A stretch of DNA of 27,165 nt from the IMG/VR virus record IMGVR_UViG_3300009095_001069, positions 1 through 27,165 of that record. One strand, given 5' to 3'. Every line of letters starts with the position of its first letter. The stretch's first letter is position 1. This document shows positions 8,971-18,464 of this stretch, one piece after another. The notes beneath the pieces were generated by a model. It was not told where the DNA came from and made no database searches. It was given only the letters and a program-made list of their open reading frames with translations. Origin of the DNA: a virus (lineage: Duplodnaviria > Caudoviricetes). The position numbers and the translations under genes were made by a program.

Positions 8971-9921
8971 TTATCTGTAAATTTTCATAAGTTCTGCATG
9001 GTTCTCCCGTGCAAACTTCATTCTTTCTTTAGAATCAGTAATGGATTCATACTGTTCTTTTAATCCGTTGGATTCCTTCTTTACCCCTAGTTTAATTGGG
9101 CTGAATCCACGTCTGGAGAGTTTGGTTTGTAACTCTACGTTCTCAGCTTCGACTGTGGCCTTGTCTGATTCCAAAGTTGATACGTTACCCTTTAAGGATT
9201 CGTTCTCAGCCTTTACGGTTTCCAATTCTGTTTTCAGAGTTTCCAACTCTGCCTTTAAGGATGTATTTTCATCCATAATGGCTTGGATTCTCTCTTGGTC
9301 CATTTGGTCTTCCACGGTTTCAATTGCCGTGTCTTCCGTCATGGTTGGATCACCAGCCATAAGTTTAATTGCCTTTAGTAATGCGGCATCATTGCCACTG
9401 AATTTGTCTGTTATTTTTTTCATATCTTTAATTGGTTCGTCCTGTTTCTTTGAAAACAGGCTCTTGTTTGCAGCCGGTTCCCCGACAAAATCCGCAGATT
9501 CAACTTTGGTTGGACGGAGATACTTTTTGCCGTCTATAACCTCCAAATCAGAATCTAATACCAAACTGATCCCGAACGTTTCGGGTGCATTGGTTGCCAT
9601 TTCAAACAGGGTATCATATCCCTTTTGATTATGTTGTTTGAATGATTTAAGGGACTGGAAAGACCCTCTGACCTTATCCCCATCAATATATATACCGGAG
9701 AATACACCCACCGTATCAATTACGGTTGGATTGTCTTCATGGTTCATGAATGACTTAATACCCCCATCCCTTGCCAATTCGTATATCAGTTGCAGGGTTT
9801 TAAGGTCGGAATAAACACCATGTCCGATACATTCCCCCACGGTCATCAGGGAGACACCTTTTATTAATCCGTTTTCAGAATCGACGGAATCCAGTTCAAT
9901 CTTGTTCAGGGAATACTTCAT
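8971..9921 (-). CDS. Prohead protease fused to coiled-coil scaffold (316 aa)
   Basis: MNH, FGISL and SADFVGEPAAN protease-type motifs; acidic heptad C-terminus; between portal and capsid. Confidence 0.75.
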   Translation of the reverse strand: MKYSLNKIELDSVDSENGLIKGVSLMTVGECIGHGVYSDLKTLQLIYELARDGGIKSFMNHEDNPTVIDTVGVFSGIYIDGDKVRGSFQSLKSFKQHNQKGYDTLFEMATNAPETFGISLVLDSDLEVIDGKKYLRPTKVESADFVGEPAANKSLFSKKQDEPIKDMKKITDKFSGNDAALLKAIKLMAGDPTMTEDTAIETVEDQMDQERIQAIMDENTSLKAELETLKTELETVKAENESLKGNVSTLESDKATVEAENVELQTKLSRRGFSPIKLGVKKESNGLKEQYESITDSKERMKFARENHAELMKIYR

Positions 9922-9927
9922 ATAATA

Positions 9928-11409
9928 TTAAGTATTACCCCCATCATTTTTTTGTGACAGGAATGCAGCTACTCCCAAACCGTCCGGCATCTGAGCTTGG
10001 ATTTCTTCAACCGTCAGACCTGTTTCAATTGCGGTATCTTTTAATACCTTGGCTCTGTATGCGGCTTCTTTGATTAGTTGTTTGTCCAACTGGTCAGAGA
10101 ACAACCCCTTTTCATTCGCAATCTGGGATTTGGTTATCAGACCGGCGGAGTATTGGGCTATATTAGTTGAAACAGATTCTTGGTCTGAAATGTCTTTGAT
10201 ACTAGGCCAGACCAATAAAACATCTTCGTTGGAATCTGGGGAAGGTGGTAGAGAATCTTTTTCATTCTCAGTTATCCACTTTTGAACCTTATCCAAAATT
10301 GAATCTTGTTCATCCCTGATATACTCAACAGAGGATTTCCAACGGAGTTTGTCCGAACGTGAGGAACTGTAATTGGATTTACGGTATCCAATAACAACTT
10401 CTTCCGTTGGGATACCGATTACAGCACATATTCTGTCCATGATGGACAGTTGGAAAGAGTCATAATCTGCACTCTGATATTGTGAGGCAATAGGGGTAAC
10501 ACTTTCCCCAGCCTCCAAGTAAATTACTGCACCGTCATCAATGTATTGATAATCAGTTCTAGCAACGGACCTATCAAATATTTCATCAACAGGAATTGCA
10601 CCCGTGGTATCCCTGACCATTTCGGCATATAATGCAGGGTCCGTATTCTTGGTTATAGCAACGGAGTATTTACCCTGTTGTTTTATGGATGCTATCTTGG
10701 ATTCCGTGATTACCTTTAAATCATGGATAAGGGTAATGGCAGGGGCCAATTTTGGGGAATATCTCTTTTCTGATACCCTACTTGGTGAACCGTAATGTAT
10801 AACGAACTCAGCCGGAACAATTGTTGAATCTTTCTTTTCGTAACTGATCGTTCCTTTATCGGTCCAACTTCCGAAACGGTATGCAACAACCTCATTGGAT
10901 GAATTGTAAACGATACCATCAGATTCCCCTTTTCTCTTGTCGTCTTCCAACCTTGGAGAGCCACAAAGTTCAGACTCTATTAATTGTAACTTGTTATCCT
11001 CTGAGAAGACCAAGAAACATTCACCGGCAATCAGTTCCTCTATGTTGATAACGTAGAGAAGTTTTTTCAGATTCCACCCTGTTTCATACCCAAGGGTTTT
11101 TAACTTCTCTTCCAACAACCTTTCTTTCAGGTCATCATATACAGGATCACCCGTAATACTTCTGATAATCGGACAACCAAGAGACAGACCGTAAACCCTA
11201 CACAATGCAGCCACAAACCCGTTGTTTCTGAGTGCATCCCTCAACCATGCTATTATCTTTAGCCGGTCTGAGTGGGGTAACATGTCAGATTCCCTTTTAG
11301 GAACCGCATTACCCCAATTGTATAACCTTCTTTGCGGGGTATTCTTTGCAGCCTCATACGAAAACTTAAACGGTTTCCCCCTACTATCTAAAACAAACTT
11401 ACTCTCCAT
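9928..11409 (-). CDS. Portal protein, lambda gpB family (493 aa)
   Basis: RDALRNN, GECF, LQLIESE and NYSSSR motifs; size and position. Confidence 0.88.
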   Translation of the reverse strand: MESKFVLDSRGKPFKFSYEAAKNTPQRRLYNWGNAVPKRESDMLPHSDRLKIIAWLRDALRNNGFVAALCRVYGLSLGCPIIRSITGDPVYDDLKERLLEEKLKTLGYETGWNLKKLLYVINIEELIAGECFLVFSEDNKLQLIESELCGSPRLEDDKRKGESDGIVYNSSNEVVAYRFGSWTDKGTISYEKKDSTIVPAEFVIHYGSPSRVSEKRYSPKLAPAITLIHDLKVITESKIASIKQQGKYSVAITKNTDPALYAEMVRDTTGAIPVDEIFDRSVARTDYQYIDDGAVIYLEAGESVTPIASQYQSADYDSFQLSIMDRICAVIGIPTEEVVIGYRKSNYSSSRSDKLRWKSSVEYIRDEQDSILDKVQKWITENEKDSLPPSPDSNEDVLLVWPSIKDISDQESVSTNIAQYSAGLITKSQIANEKGLFSDQLDKQLIKEAAYRAKVLKDTAIETGLTVEEIQAQMPDGLGVAAFLSQKNDGGNT

Positions 11410-11659
11410 ATCCCAATATTCCTACATTTGCGGAACGTGGCAGACATTCCCCGTCTCTCATTGCCTCTAACTGGTCTCTTCTTCTTCTCAGAAGATTAAG
11501 ACGGCTCTGCCATTGAATATTATTCGCAAAACCGCTGGTGATTCCTCCCCCAGAGGAATTATCACCCAAAGCATTTGAATAACCCAATCTGTGTTCAAGT
11601 TGGGCTATCTCCGTTGTCATCTCCGTTAGTTGTCTTGTCTGCCTGTCAGTTAAAGCCAT
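11399..11659 (-). CDS. gpW-like head completion protein (86 aa)
   Basis: Helix-hairpin-helix pattern directly upstream of and overlapping the portal gene. Confidence 0.55.
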   Translation of the reverse strand: MALTDRQTRQLTEMTTEIAQLEHRLGYSNALGDNSSGGGITSGFANNIQWQSRLNLLRRRRDQLEAMRDGECLPRSANVGILGYGE

Positions 11660-11682
11660 ATCCCCTTAAATATAATGGGATA

Positions 11683-12435
11683 TTATTTTACTGAGATATA
11701 CGGTGCGTTCTTGGCAAGGAACTCGGCATTATCGGTCCAGCCCTTCTTAAAGGCACGGTTCCAAAATCCACTTCTCTTGGATATTTGAATATTCAAACGG
11801 TTCTGACCTCCGTTCTTTGCAGCCATCCCAGAACTGTTGATTACTTTGATACTGGAATACACGGGACTGGTATATATGGACGTTTTACCCAACCCCGTCT
11901 TCTTATCCCATCTCTTGGACGTTCTGACGTAGGAAGGGACTTTGGATGTGTCGGCCTTCAAACCGTCCATGATTTCAACCCAACTCACCTTGGTTGATCC
12001 TCTGGTCTCCTTCATCCTCTGGGACATGGATCGAGCCTCAGACGTAGCCCGTCCCCACATGGAACGGTAATACGGGGACTCCACACCCCCAGAAGGGATT
12101 GAGGTCTTCCCTGACCAGACACCGGCATACCTGTAAACCCTTCGTCCGTTCTTGGTCTTGAAGACATACCACGTCTGATTTTTCAGACCTCCCCTCTTCC
12201 CGTTGTTGATGGACAGATACTCTGTCTGGTCGGTCCTGCGGTTGTAACCACGTCTTAACCCAATCCGTGTTAGGGTGGCCGTCTTTGCGACCTTCTCAGA
12301 CTTCATGCACCCTTCAATGACCTTGCTGGCCTCCCCTCTCAGAATCTCGGGGATCTGGTCCTTTCCAAACCGTGTTCCCAAGTCTCCCAGATAGTTTTGA
12401 AAACCCTTTGTATCAATCTTCCCCTCTAACTTCAT
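11683..12435 (-). CDS. Basic protein, possible neck/tail-completion (gpZ or HK97 gp10-like) (250 aa)
   Basis: K/R-rich; N-terminal IDTKGFQNYL pattern; ATGA overlap with terL. Confidence 0.4.
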   Translation of the reverse strand: MKLEGKIDTKGFQNYLGDLGTRFGKDQIPEILRGEASKVIEGCMKSEKVAKTATLTRIGLRRGYNRRTDQTEYLSINNGKRGGLKNQTWYVFKTKNGRRVYRYAGVWSGKTSIPSGGVESPYYRSMWGRATSEARSMSQRMKETRGSTKVSWVEIMDGLKADTSKVPSYVRTSKRWDKKTGLGKTSIYTSPVYSSIKVINSSGMAAKNGGQNRLNIQISKRSGFWNRAFKKGWTDNAEFLAKNAPYISVK

Positions 12436-14345
12436 GCAGCCATTCTCCTTTTTGATATGGGTAAATATCGGGGACGTTCATTTTGAACTTTCTGGCCGGA
12501 TGAAATCGGAACGTATGACGGTCTTTCAGGGACAACGGGGATATTGGATTGGTTATTATCCTTTATTACATTGTTTCCCATTTTGAAGGGTTCTTCTGAC
12601 TCTTGAACCACCTTGTTTTTGAGGTCCAACATGGATGCACAGTAAGCATAGCCCATAACGTCCAAGGCTTCATTTCTGGCCCCGTCATATTCTTTGACAT
12701 ATTGCCAATATGCACGTCCCTCTTTGTATCTCTGTATCTTCTTTTCTGAGGTGAGTTGTTTGAAGAATCGTTTATCAAATCCAAACCCATCAGGGAAAAA
12801 TATAGATTCATCCGTCTTTGCCAACGTCCCGTAAACCCAATCTTTGGCAAGGTGGGTTCCCAAAATGTATTGGGGTATCTTCCTTCTGTTGTTTCTTGAA
12901 AGTTTTATCAGGTCAGGAGGGTTGACCCCTGATCTGTGATACCCCTTACAGGCAAAGATTTGGTGTGACCGTAATGGAGCCGTGAAACTTAAAATAAAGT
13001 CCTGTTCCCCACCTCCCGAGTCCACAAAGGTATTTCTGATCTTAAACCGTGTTCCATCAACCCGTGTATATACGGTGTTAATCAGGTAGTCTTTCAACTC
13101 GTTCCAAACTTCGTTCTTTGTGGTATCACCACTTAATGCGACGTATTCCACACCGTAGGCTTTCCCCTCAGAACTCCACCCCATAACAACCAGTTCCAGA
13201 CGGTCCCCTTGTCGGTCAACTCCACATGTCAGGTAATCAACCTCCCGTGGTAACGTCTGGGGGGTGTATTGTCTGATACGTTTATCAATATCCTTTTGTT
13301 CAACCTTCTCATACGTTTCTTCCCATGTCTCGCAAAGTTGGGTGTTGATAAAGGCTTTCAATGATTGCGGGTTCTTCTTCGCAACCAACCACTCAGAAAC
13401 CATTTCATGAAGTAACGAGACGTATTGAGGCTTACAGCCAAGTAACCTGTATATACCGTTCAGGTGATACCCTCTTATCTTGGAATCTCCGTTGGGGTTC
13501 GTCTCCTTCCAACGTCCCTTGGCAATGATCTTCAACCGTTGGGATTCATCAATATGACCCTTGCAGGATGGACATTCAAGGTGGGCCGTTTCCGGTCTGT
13601 TCTCTTCCCATTTCACGTTGGCCCATTCCAACGTATGTTCATGGTTACAATGTGGGCAATGGACGTGCCATTTACGTTTGTCCGATCTATCCAACCAACT
13701 TGTTATTTCACATGCACCCTTGTTGGTAGGGGTTGAGGATTTGACCTTTATTGCATTGGAAAACGAGTCAGCCCGACGGTCTGCAAGATAGACGGGGTTA
13801 CCCTCTACGTTGATAGGGTTGGAACTGATTTCATCTTGGATAATGCACCTACAGGACTTTGCCCTCAGAGCCTTTGCAGAACCCGCGGTTACAAACGAGA
13901 TTCCCCCACCCTTAAACCTCTTTTTCTGGATCGTGTTTCCACTGTCCTTGGTCTTGTTGTCCTTTAGGAGACTGGAGAGAATCGGGGTCTCCCGAAACAT
14001 CGGGGTTATCTTCCCATTACTGAACTCTGTGGTTCCATCAATGGACGGATACACCACAAGAATCTGGCAAGGGTCTATGGATGCGAGATACCCAATCAGA
14101 TTTTGCAGGAGGAAGGTTTTTCCTGTCTGAGTGGCCCAACACAGGACGACGTGTTCCAGACCGTCACCAAGGAAACTGTCCATTGGTTCCCGTTGGTAGG
14201 GGATACGGTTAAGGTTGATCCGTCCTGGCTCCGGTGTCCCTGACTCGGCAACACGGTGTAACTCTGTCCACTGACTGACCGTAATACGTTGGGGAGGTCT
14301 TAGACCGTGCAGAAACCCACCCAGAAGGGTTTCAATCTGTCTCAT
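12432..14345 (-). CDS. Terminase large subunit, lambda GpA family (637 aa)
   Basis: SQW...R, PYQREPMD, Walker A TQTGKT, IIQDE, STPT, CPHC/CPSC, GVDRQGDRLE and RNEALD motifs. Confidence 0.96.
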   Translation of the reverse strand: MRQIETLLGGFLHGLRPPQRITVSQWTELHRVAESGTPEPGRINLNRIPYQREPMDSFLGDGLEHVVLCWATQTGKTFLLQNLIGYLASIDPCQILVVYPSIDGTTEFSNGKITPMFRETPILSSLLKDNKTKDSGNTIQKKRFKGGGISFVTAGSAKALRAKSCRCIIQDEISSNPINVEGNPVYLADRRADSFSNAIKVKSSTPTNKGACEITSWLDRSDKRKWHVHCPHCNHEHTLEWANVKWEENRPETAHLECPSCKGHIDESQRLKIIAKGRWKETNPNGDSKIRGYHLNGIYRLLGCKPQYVSLLHEMVSEWLVAKKNPQSLKAFINTQLCETWEETYEKVEQKDIDKRIRQYTPQTLPREVDYLTCGVDRQGDRLELVVMGWSSEGKAYGVEYVALSGDTTKNEVWNELKDYLINTVYTRVDGTRFKIRNTFVDSGGGEQDFILSFTAPLRSHQIFACKGYHRSGVNPPDLIKLSRNNRRKIPQYILGTHLAKDWVYGTLAKTDESIFFPDGFGFDKRFFKQLTSEKKIQRYKEGRAYWQYVKEYDGARNEALDVMGYAYCASMLDLKNKVVQESEEPFKMGNNVIKDNNQSNIPVVPERPSYVPISSGQKVQNERPRYLPISKRRMAA

Positions 14346-14898
14346 CCGTGTATTCCCCCTCTTCCGTCTCTACCCTCTCCCCTGCAAACCTCTGAGGGTC
14401 CAACTCATCAACCAAGAGGGAGAGTGCATTTTCTATCTCTTCCCGACACACCTTGCGACCGTCGGCCACCGTTGAACACTGAATGACCAATGGGGCCAAT
14501 TTCTTGTCCAAGTTCAGGAGACGGTTCCTTACCGTTGTGGCTAACTCCGTGAAATGGGATTGGAGTTTTTCAAAATCGACCAATGACCGTTCCAACATGT
14601 CAGCCCGTAGGGTTGCATACCGTGCATCAGCCTTGGCCTTTTTCAGTTTCTCCCTCTCTTGAGCCTCTTTCAGATTCTCCCCTGTTCCGTCATCAACCTT
14701 GTTCTTTCCCCTGTAATGGAGAATCAGGTTATTGATTGATTCCCATTCATACCTTCCATTCTGGTTTTGTTTAATAACACCAGTTTTTAAATAGTTTGAA
14801 ATGGCCTGATTCTGAACACCAAATAAACAACCCAATTGTTTACCTGTTAACTCCACATTAAACTTACTTTCTCCTAACGGTTTCCCTACTTTACCCAT
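14332..14898 (-). CDS. Terminase small subunit, Nu1-like (188 aa)
   Basis: N-terminal wHTH (LGCLFGVQNQAISNY), coiled coil, overlaps terL start. Confidence 0.85.
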   Translation of the reverse strand: MGKVGKPLGESKFNVELTGKQLGCLFGVQNQAISNYLKTGVIKQNQNGRYEWESINNLILHYRGKNKVDDGTGENLKEAQEREKLKKAKADARYATLRADMLERSLVDFEKLQSHFTELATTVRNRLLNLDKKLAPLVIQCSTVADGRKVCREEIENALSLLVDELDPQRFAGERVETEEGEYTDETD

Positions 14899-14950
14899 AC
14901 ATTATAAGTATAGAGTAAATATTGTTTCCATTATATTTAATTAAATATAT
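14899..14950. promoter_or_regulatory. Divergent phage-motif cluster between terS and 104-aa gene
   Basis: 18-bp palindrome TATATTTAATTAAATATA (14932-14949), plus minus-strand AATATTTAC and TATACTTAT, the latter 5 nt before the terS ATG. Confidence 0.65.
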
Positions 14951-15265
14951 ATGGAATACAACGAAAACGATTTAAATGCGAAGATAGCAATATTACTGGA
15001 TAGGTCTGAAAGAGAATGTAAGGAACGGGCCTCATTCAGAACTGAAATCCTTAACCGTCTGGGGTCTATTGAGGAACAGACCAAGAGAACCAACGGAAGA
15101 GTTAGCCGACTTGAAGAGAAACAAGAAACACAAGAGGAATTGAATAAACAGGTTCAACCGATCTTGCAGACAGCCAAAGCAACTTGGTTCAGTTTTAAGA
15201 ACGTATGTATTGCGATTGGATTCCTTCTCAGTTGTGGAGCCTCCGTATATGCAATGATGAAATAA
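14951..15265 (+). CDS. Coiled-coil protein with C-terminal TM helix (XhlA/holin-like) (104 aa)
   Basis: TNGRVSRLE coiled coil followed by hydrophobic VCIAIGFLLSCGASVYAM. Confidence 0.6.
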   Translation: MEYNENDLNAKIAILLDRSERECKERASFRTEILNRLGSIEEQTKRTNGRVSRLEEKQETQEELNKQVQPILQTAKATWFSFKNVCIAIGFLLSCGASVYAMMK

Positions 15266-15297
15266 AAAACCCACCGTTTTCAGGTGGGTTCTCTTTT
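15264..15297. terminator. Bidirectional terminator
   Basis: A-run, AACCCACC-7 nt-GGTGGGTT, T-rich tail; between convergent genes. Confidence 0.75.
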
Positions 15298-15302
15298 ATC
15301 GG

Positions 15303-15821
15303 TCAATTGACCATACTTCTAACTATCTCTTCAATTCGTTCCTCTGACACCTTCCCTTTTACTTCATCACCCCATGAAGCATTTACGTCTCTTGGTATGA
15401 TTTGCAGGTTGGTGTAATAATTGGATTTCTGAACCAGTCCGGTCTTCTTCAATCGGATCATTGGTATAACGTGGTCAAAGACGTATTGTTTTGGGAAAAG
15501 AGCCCAACGTTTAACGTTCTCTGTTCCAAGGTGTGAAACCAAAGCTGGAAGAGGTAACCCCGTTCTCTCCAATACTAATTTTTCTGTGGAATCGGCAACA
15601 ACTCCCCCTTTAATATATTTCTTCAAACCGTATTTAACGCCATACAGTTCCCCTCTGGCTTTTAATATATCGGGATTACGTTCCTTGAATGAGTTCATAC
15701 CCCTGTATGTTAGTTCACGGAATCTCTCAGGGTTTTCTTTTCTCCATCTTTCAGAGATACCTTTATACGTCAGGTATTTTTCGTTGTAACTTTTGATTGG
15801 TCTTACTTTTTGTGTTTTCAT
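15303..15821 (-). CDS. HNH-like endonuclease (172 aa)
   Basis: FDHVIP...NYYTNLQII...N motif after a basic helical N-terminus. Confidence 0.7.
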   Translation of the reverse strand: MKTQKVRPIKSYNEKYLTYKGISERWRKENPERFRELTYRGMNSFKERNPDILKARGELYGVKYGLKKYIKGGVVADSTEKLVLERTGLPLPALVSHLGTENVKRWALFPKQYVFDHVIPMIRLKKTGLVQKSNYYTNLQIIPRDVNASWGDEVKGKVSEERIEEIVRSMVN

Positions 15822-15993
15822 ATCTAATTAATCTTTGTTCGTAATTCATTCACGAACATTAAATAAATATGAATAAAAACCCGTTTAATTTAATTTATTT
15901 TCAATTTAGTTAAAATAAATACTAAATACTTAAAAAAAGTTTTGTATCAGGAAAAATGTCCAAGTGGTTTTTCGACCCCCAACGTATAAGGTA

Positions 15994-16068
15994 TCAGGAG
16001 AACCTAAGCTTTTCAGCCGATTCCTGACCCCATAGGGGGTTTTTGATTAATACCCAATACCTAACCAT
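15994..16068 (-). CDS. Possible 24-aa peptide MVRYWVLIKNPLWGQESAEKLRFS
   Basis: ATG 4 nt after a perfect TATATTTAA motif; too short for the ORF track. Confidence 0.25.
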   Translation of the reverse strand: MVRYWVLIKNPLWGQESAEKLRFS

Positions 16069-16072
16069 ACCC

Positions 16073-16846
16073 TTAAATATACGGAGTTTCTTTTTTTCTC
16101 CATTTAAAACCCCATACTGTCCCATTTCTTTTAACAGCCCGTCCAATTATTGACCCACGCTTCCAAATACCGATCATTTCAAATGATGCTTCATCCAAAC
16201 TGTTAAAAGTTTTCAGAACCCTACCAGATTTTAAATCCAATTGTTCCACTTTGGTTATATTCGTGGGTATCTGCCCTTTTTTACTTTCTGACATTTTCTC
16301 CCGATACTCAGGACTTTTCATTGTCAAATACCTTAACTCTACCTGTATCAACCGATCAATATAATCATAATAACCCCTTATTGATTCAGCCCGTTCCATA
16401 TACTCAAGAGAACTAATTAATACTGGCAACATATATACAAAGGATTTAATTTTAACCATCCTCCGTTCCATTGCCTCCATTTTTTGTTTCTGTTGTTGAA
16501 TCCTAAACGAATCAGGCAAGACCCCCTTATACCTCTCACTAATATATTTTGAATAACCTTCCCTTGCCGTTTGAAAGTCTCGGGATGTTATTTTGTATGT
16601 CCGTCCCTCTTTCTTCATTGTGACCATAGCCCAGAAAGCATGAATCAACTTTGGTTCATGGGGATATACCTTGGTCAATAGTTTGTGACATATGAAATGT
16701 TCCCTTGCGGTCAGAGATACCAAATTGGATTCCTCATCAGTTCCACCCATGCACTTTGGCAAGATATGGTGTTTTTCAACGTATCCTTCCGTCTCCCTAT
16801 CTCTAGCCCTATCAACTATATTAAAATAAACCTCTGACCAATCCAC
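16073..16846 (-). CDS. HNH homing endonuclease with NUMOD-type DNA-binding segments (257 aa)
   Basis: EKHHILPKCMGGTDEESNLVSLTAREHFICH; REKMSESKKG (NUMOD3-like); VEQLDL...KTFNSLDEAS (NUMOD1-like). Confidence 0.9.
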   Translation of the reverse strand: MDWSEVYFNIVDRARDRETEGYVEKHHILPKCMGGTDEESNLVSLTAREHFICHKLLTKVYPHEPKLIHAFWAMVTMKKEGRTYKITSRDFQTAREGYSKYISERYKGVLPDSFRIQQQKQKMEAMERRMVKIKSFVYMLPVLISSLEYMERAESIRGYYDYIDRLIQVELRYLTMKSPEYREKMSESKKGQIPTNITKVEQLDLKSGRVLKTFNSLDEASFEMIGIWKRGSIIGRAVKRNGTVWGFKWRKKETPYI

Positions 16847-16915
16847 CCAAATAAATATCTGGGTGATTTACTTTTCATGTCAGAAATGGTCAAAAAAGTG
16901 GGATACAATGTAATA

Positions 16916-17539
16916 TCATTCCTCTCTCCCATACTTCTTATTGAACCTACGGTATGCCTCCTTTAAAAAGTCGTATTCCCCGTTGATTCGTTTAACCCCC
17001 ATCAGGTTTGCAACGGCTTTCTGGTTCTTAACCTCAATACCCTTTTCAAGAATCAACAGGATGGTTTCCAATATCCTCTTCTGTTTCTTACCGGCAATCT
17101 GAGAATATATATTTTCCCTCTTTAGGTATTCCAAGAAATCCTTTCCCTTGTTGGTGGTATATACTGGTTCAGATTCAACAGGGATTTGGTTTTTCATTTC
17201 ATCCGTCAGTTCCACATTATCCAGCCGTTTATCACTTCTCATCTTTTCTTGAATCAATCGGTTCTTAATGACCCATGAAAAGAAAGTGTAACCTGATCCT
17301 CTGGTATGATCCCATTTATCAATCTGACGGTATGCAAACTCCACGGCATTATATACACTCCCTTCATCAATAATTAATTTATACCGTCTTCCGATAATTT
17401 CAGCCATACTGAAAAGCAACGGATATATTGAATCATTAAAGATTCTATTCTTTTTCTTTTCGTCCGATTCCTCCCGATACTTTTTAATCAGTTCATCCGT
17501 TTCATTAGTCCAATAATAGTTTTCTACCTTTTCTCCCAT
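16916..17539 (-). CDS. Phage sigma factor-like protein (sigma70 region 2 / gp55-like) (207 aa)
   Basis: YYWTNETDELIKKY, IYPLLFSMAE and IDKWDHTRGSGYTFFSWVIKNRL match the region 2.3-2.4 pattern (FD..RG..F.TY..W.I.N). Confidence 0.75.
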   Translation of the reverse strand: MGEKVENYYWTNETDELIKKYREESDEKKKNRIFNDSIYPLLFSMAEIIGRRYKLIIDEGSVYNAVEFAYRQIDKWDHTRGSGYTFFSWVIKNRLIQEKMRSDKRLDNVELTDEMKNQIPVESEPVYTTNKGKDFLEYLKRENIYSQIAGKKQKRILETILLILEKGIEVKNQKAVANLMGVKRINGEYDFLKEAYRRFNKKYGREE

Positions 17540-17596
17540 ACAGAATAAATATTATGAAGAATAACTAATATTCTATATATTTATTTAAGTTTAAGT

Positions 17597-17845
17597 ATGC
17601 AGAGTTTATTTTACTACGTCCGACCAGAAAACGCAGATTCCTTTTTTGAACTGATTAAAAACGACAATAGAAATTACAAAATCACATTAGTATCATGTAT
17701 GCGTGAGATTGCAAAGAATGACCCCACCATTACAATATATGTTGATAACATTCCAATCAGTAGAAAGAAAAAGAAAACCACACTAAAGGAGTATCTAATT
17801 TCAATCGGGTATATGTGTCAGATTATAGAAGTTCAGTTAAAATAA
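17597..17845 (+). CDS. Hypothetical protein (82 aa), divergent from sigma gene
   Basis: ATG ORF with motif upstream and terminator downstream. Confidence 0.6.
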   Translation: MQSLFYYVRPENADSFFELIKNDNRNYKITLVSCMREIAKNDPTITIYVDNIPISRKKKKTTLKEYLISIGYMCQIIEVQLK

Positions 17846-17875
17846 AAAACCCACCGGGTTAAGGTGGGTTTGTTG
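17844..17875. terminator. Bidirectional terminator
   Basis: AAACCCACC-7 nt-GGTGGGTTT between convergent ORFs. Confidence 0.75.
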
Positions 17876-17876
17876 T

Positions 17877-17975
17877 TTATACACCGTTCAGACGGTCCAA
17901 CATCTGTTTCATTAACTCTGTTTCAAGTTCTTTGATTTGTCTGTCTATCTCTGTATTTAGTTCTGAATTTTCCAT
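17877..17975 (-). CDS. Small acidic coiled-coil peptide (32 aa) MENSELNTEIDRQIKELETELMKQMLDRLNGV
   Basis: TATACTTAT 7 nt upstream; amphipathic heptads; ends at terminator; missed by ORF track. Confidence 0.55.
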   Translation of the reverse strand: MENSELNTEIDRQIKELETELMKQMLDRLNGV

Positions 17976-18014
17976 ATACAGGATAAGTATATGGAATTGT
18001 TTTAAAAACTTAAT

Positions 18015-18464
18015 TTATTTTGTTTTGTTATCCAACAACATTACCAAGGTTCCAGAATCAACAAAGTATGACACATGATACCCCCTTGCCGTATAGGTGA
18101 TACGGTTTCCTCCGTCGTCTGTTTTCGTCCAATTTGCATTGGGAACCTGAGTATTCAAGATACGTTGTATATCCTCAGACGACATAGAACCCCCATCCGT
18201 TTTGGTAATCAGTAGGGAGTCAATTAAGTTTCCGTGGCTATCCCCTCTAACGTCATAGGAATACATTCCCTTGGTCCATTGTGCAGAATCACTACCCTTA
18301 CCAACATACTTGGTATCTGGATAGAAAGTATTAACTGCGTCATCATAGGTATTACCCAAAACAATTGCAGGTCTGTAAACGTCTGGTTCCACCTCTTTTT
18401 GTTTAACGCATCCAGTTAGGAGGATTGCGGATAAGCACACTAACAGTATTATTTTTGTTTTCAT
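18015..18464 (-). CDS. Lipoprotein (149 aa)
   Basis: MKTK plus hydrophobic core and LTGC lipobox. Confidence 0.8.
   Translation of the reverse strand: MKTKIILLVCLSAILLTGCVKQKEVEPDVYRPAIVLGNTYDDAVNTFYPDTKYVGKGSDSAQWTKGMYSYDVRGDSHGNLIDSLLITKTDGGSMSSEDIQRILNTQVPNANWTKTDDGGNRITYTARGYHVSYFVDSGTLVMLLDNKTK

Noticed and set aside
5432-9628. Long antisense ORFs (5432..6043, 9041..9628 and similar)
   Set aside because: Shadow frames of K/E-rich coiled-coil genes, with Ser/Phe/Leu-biased composition.
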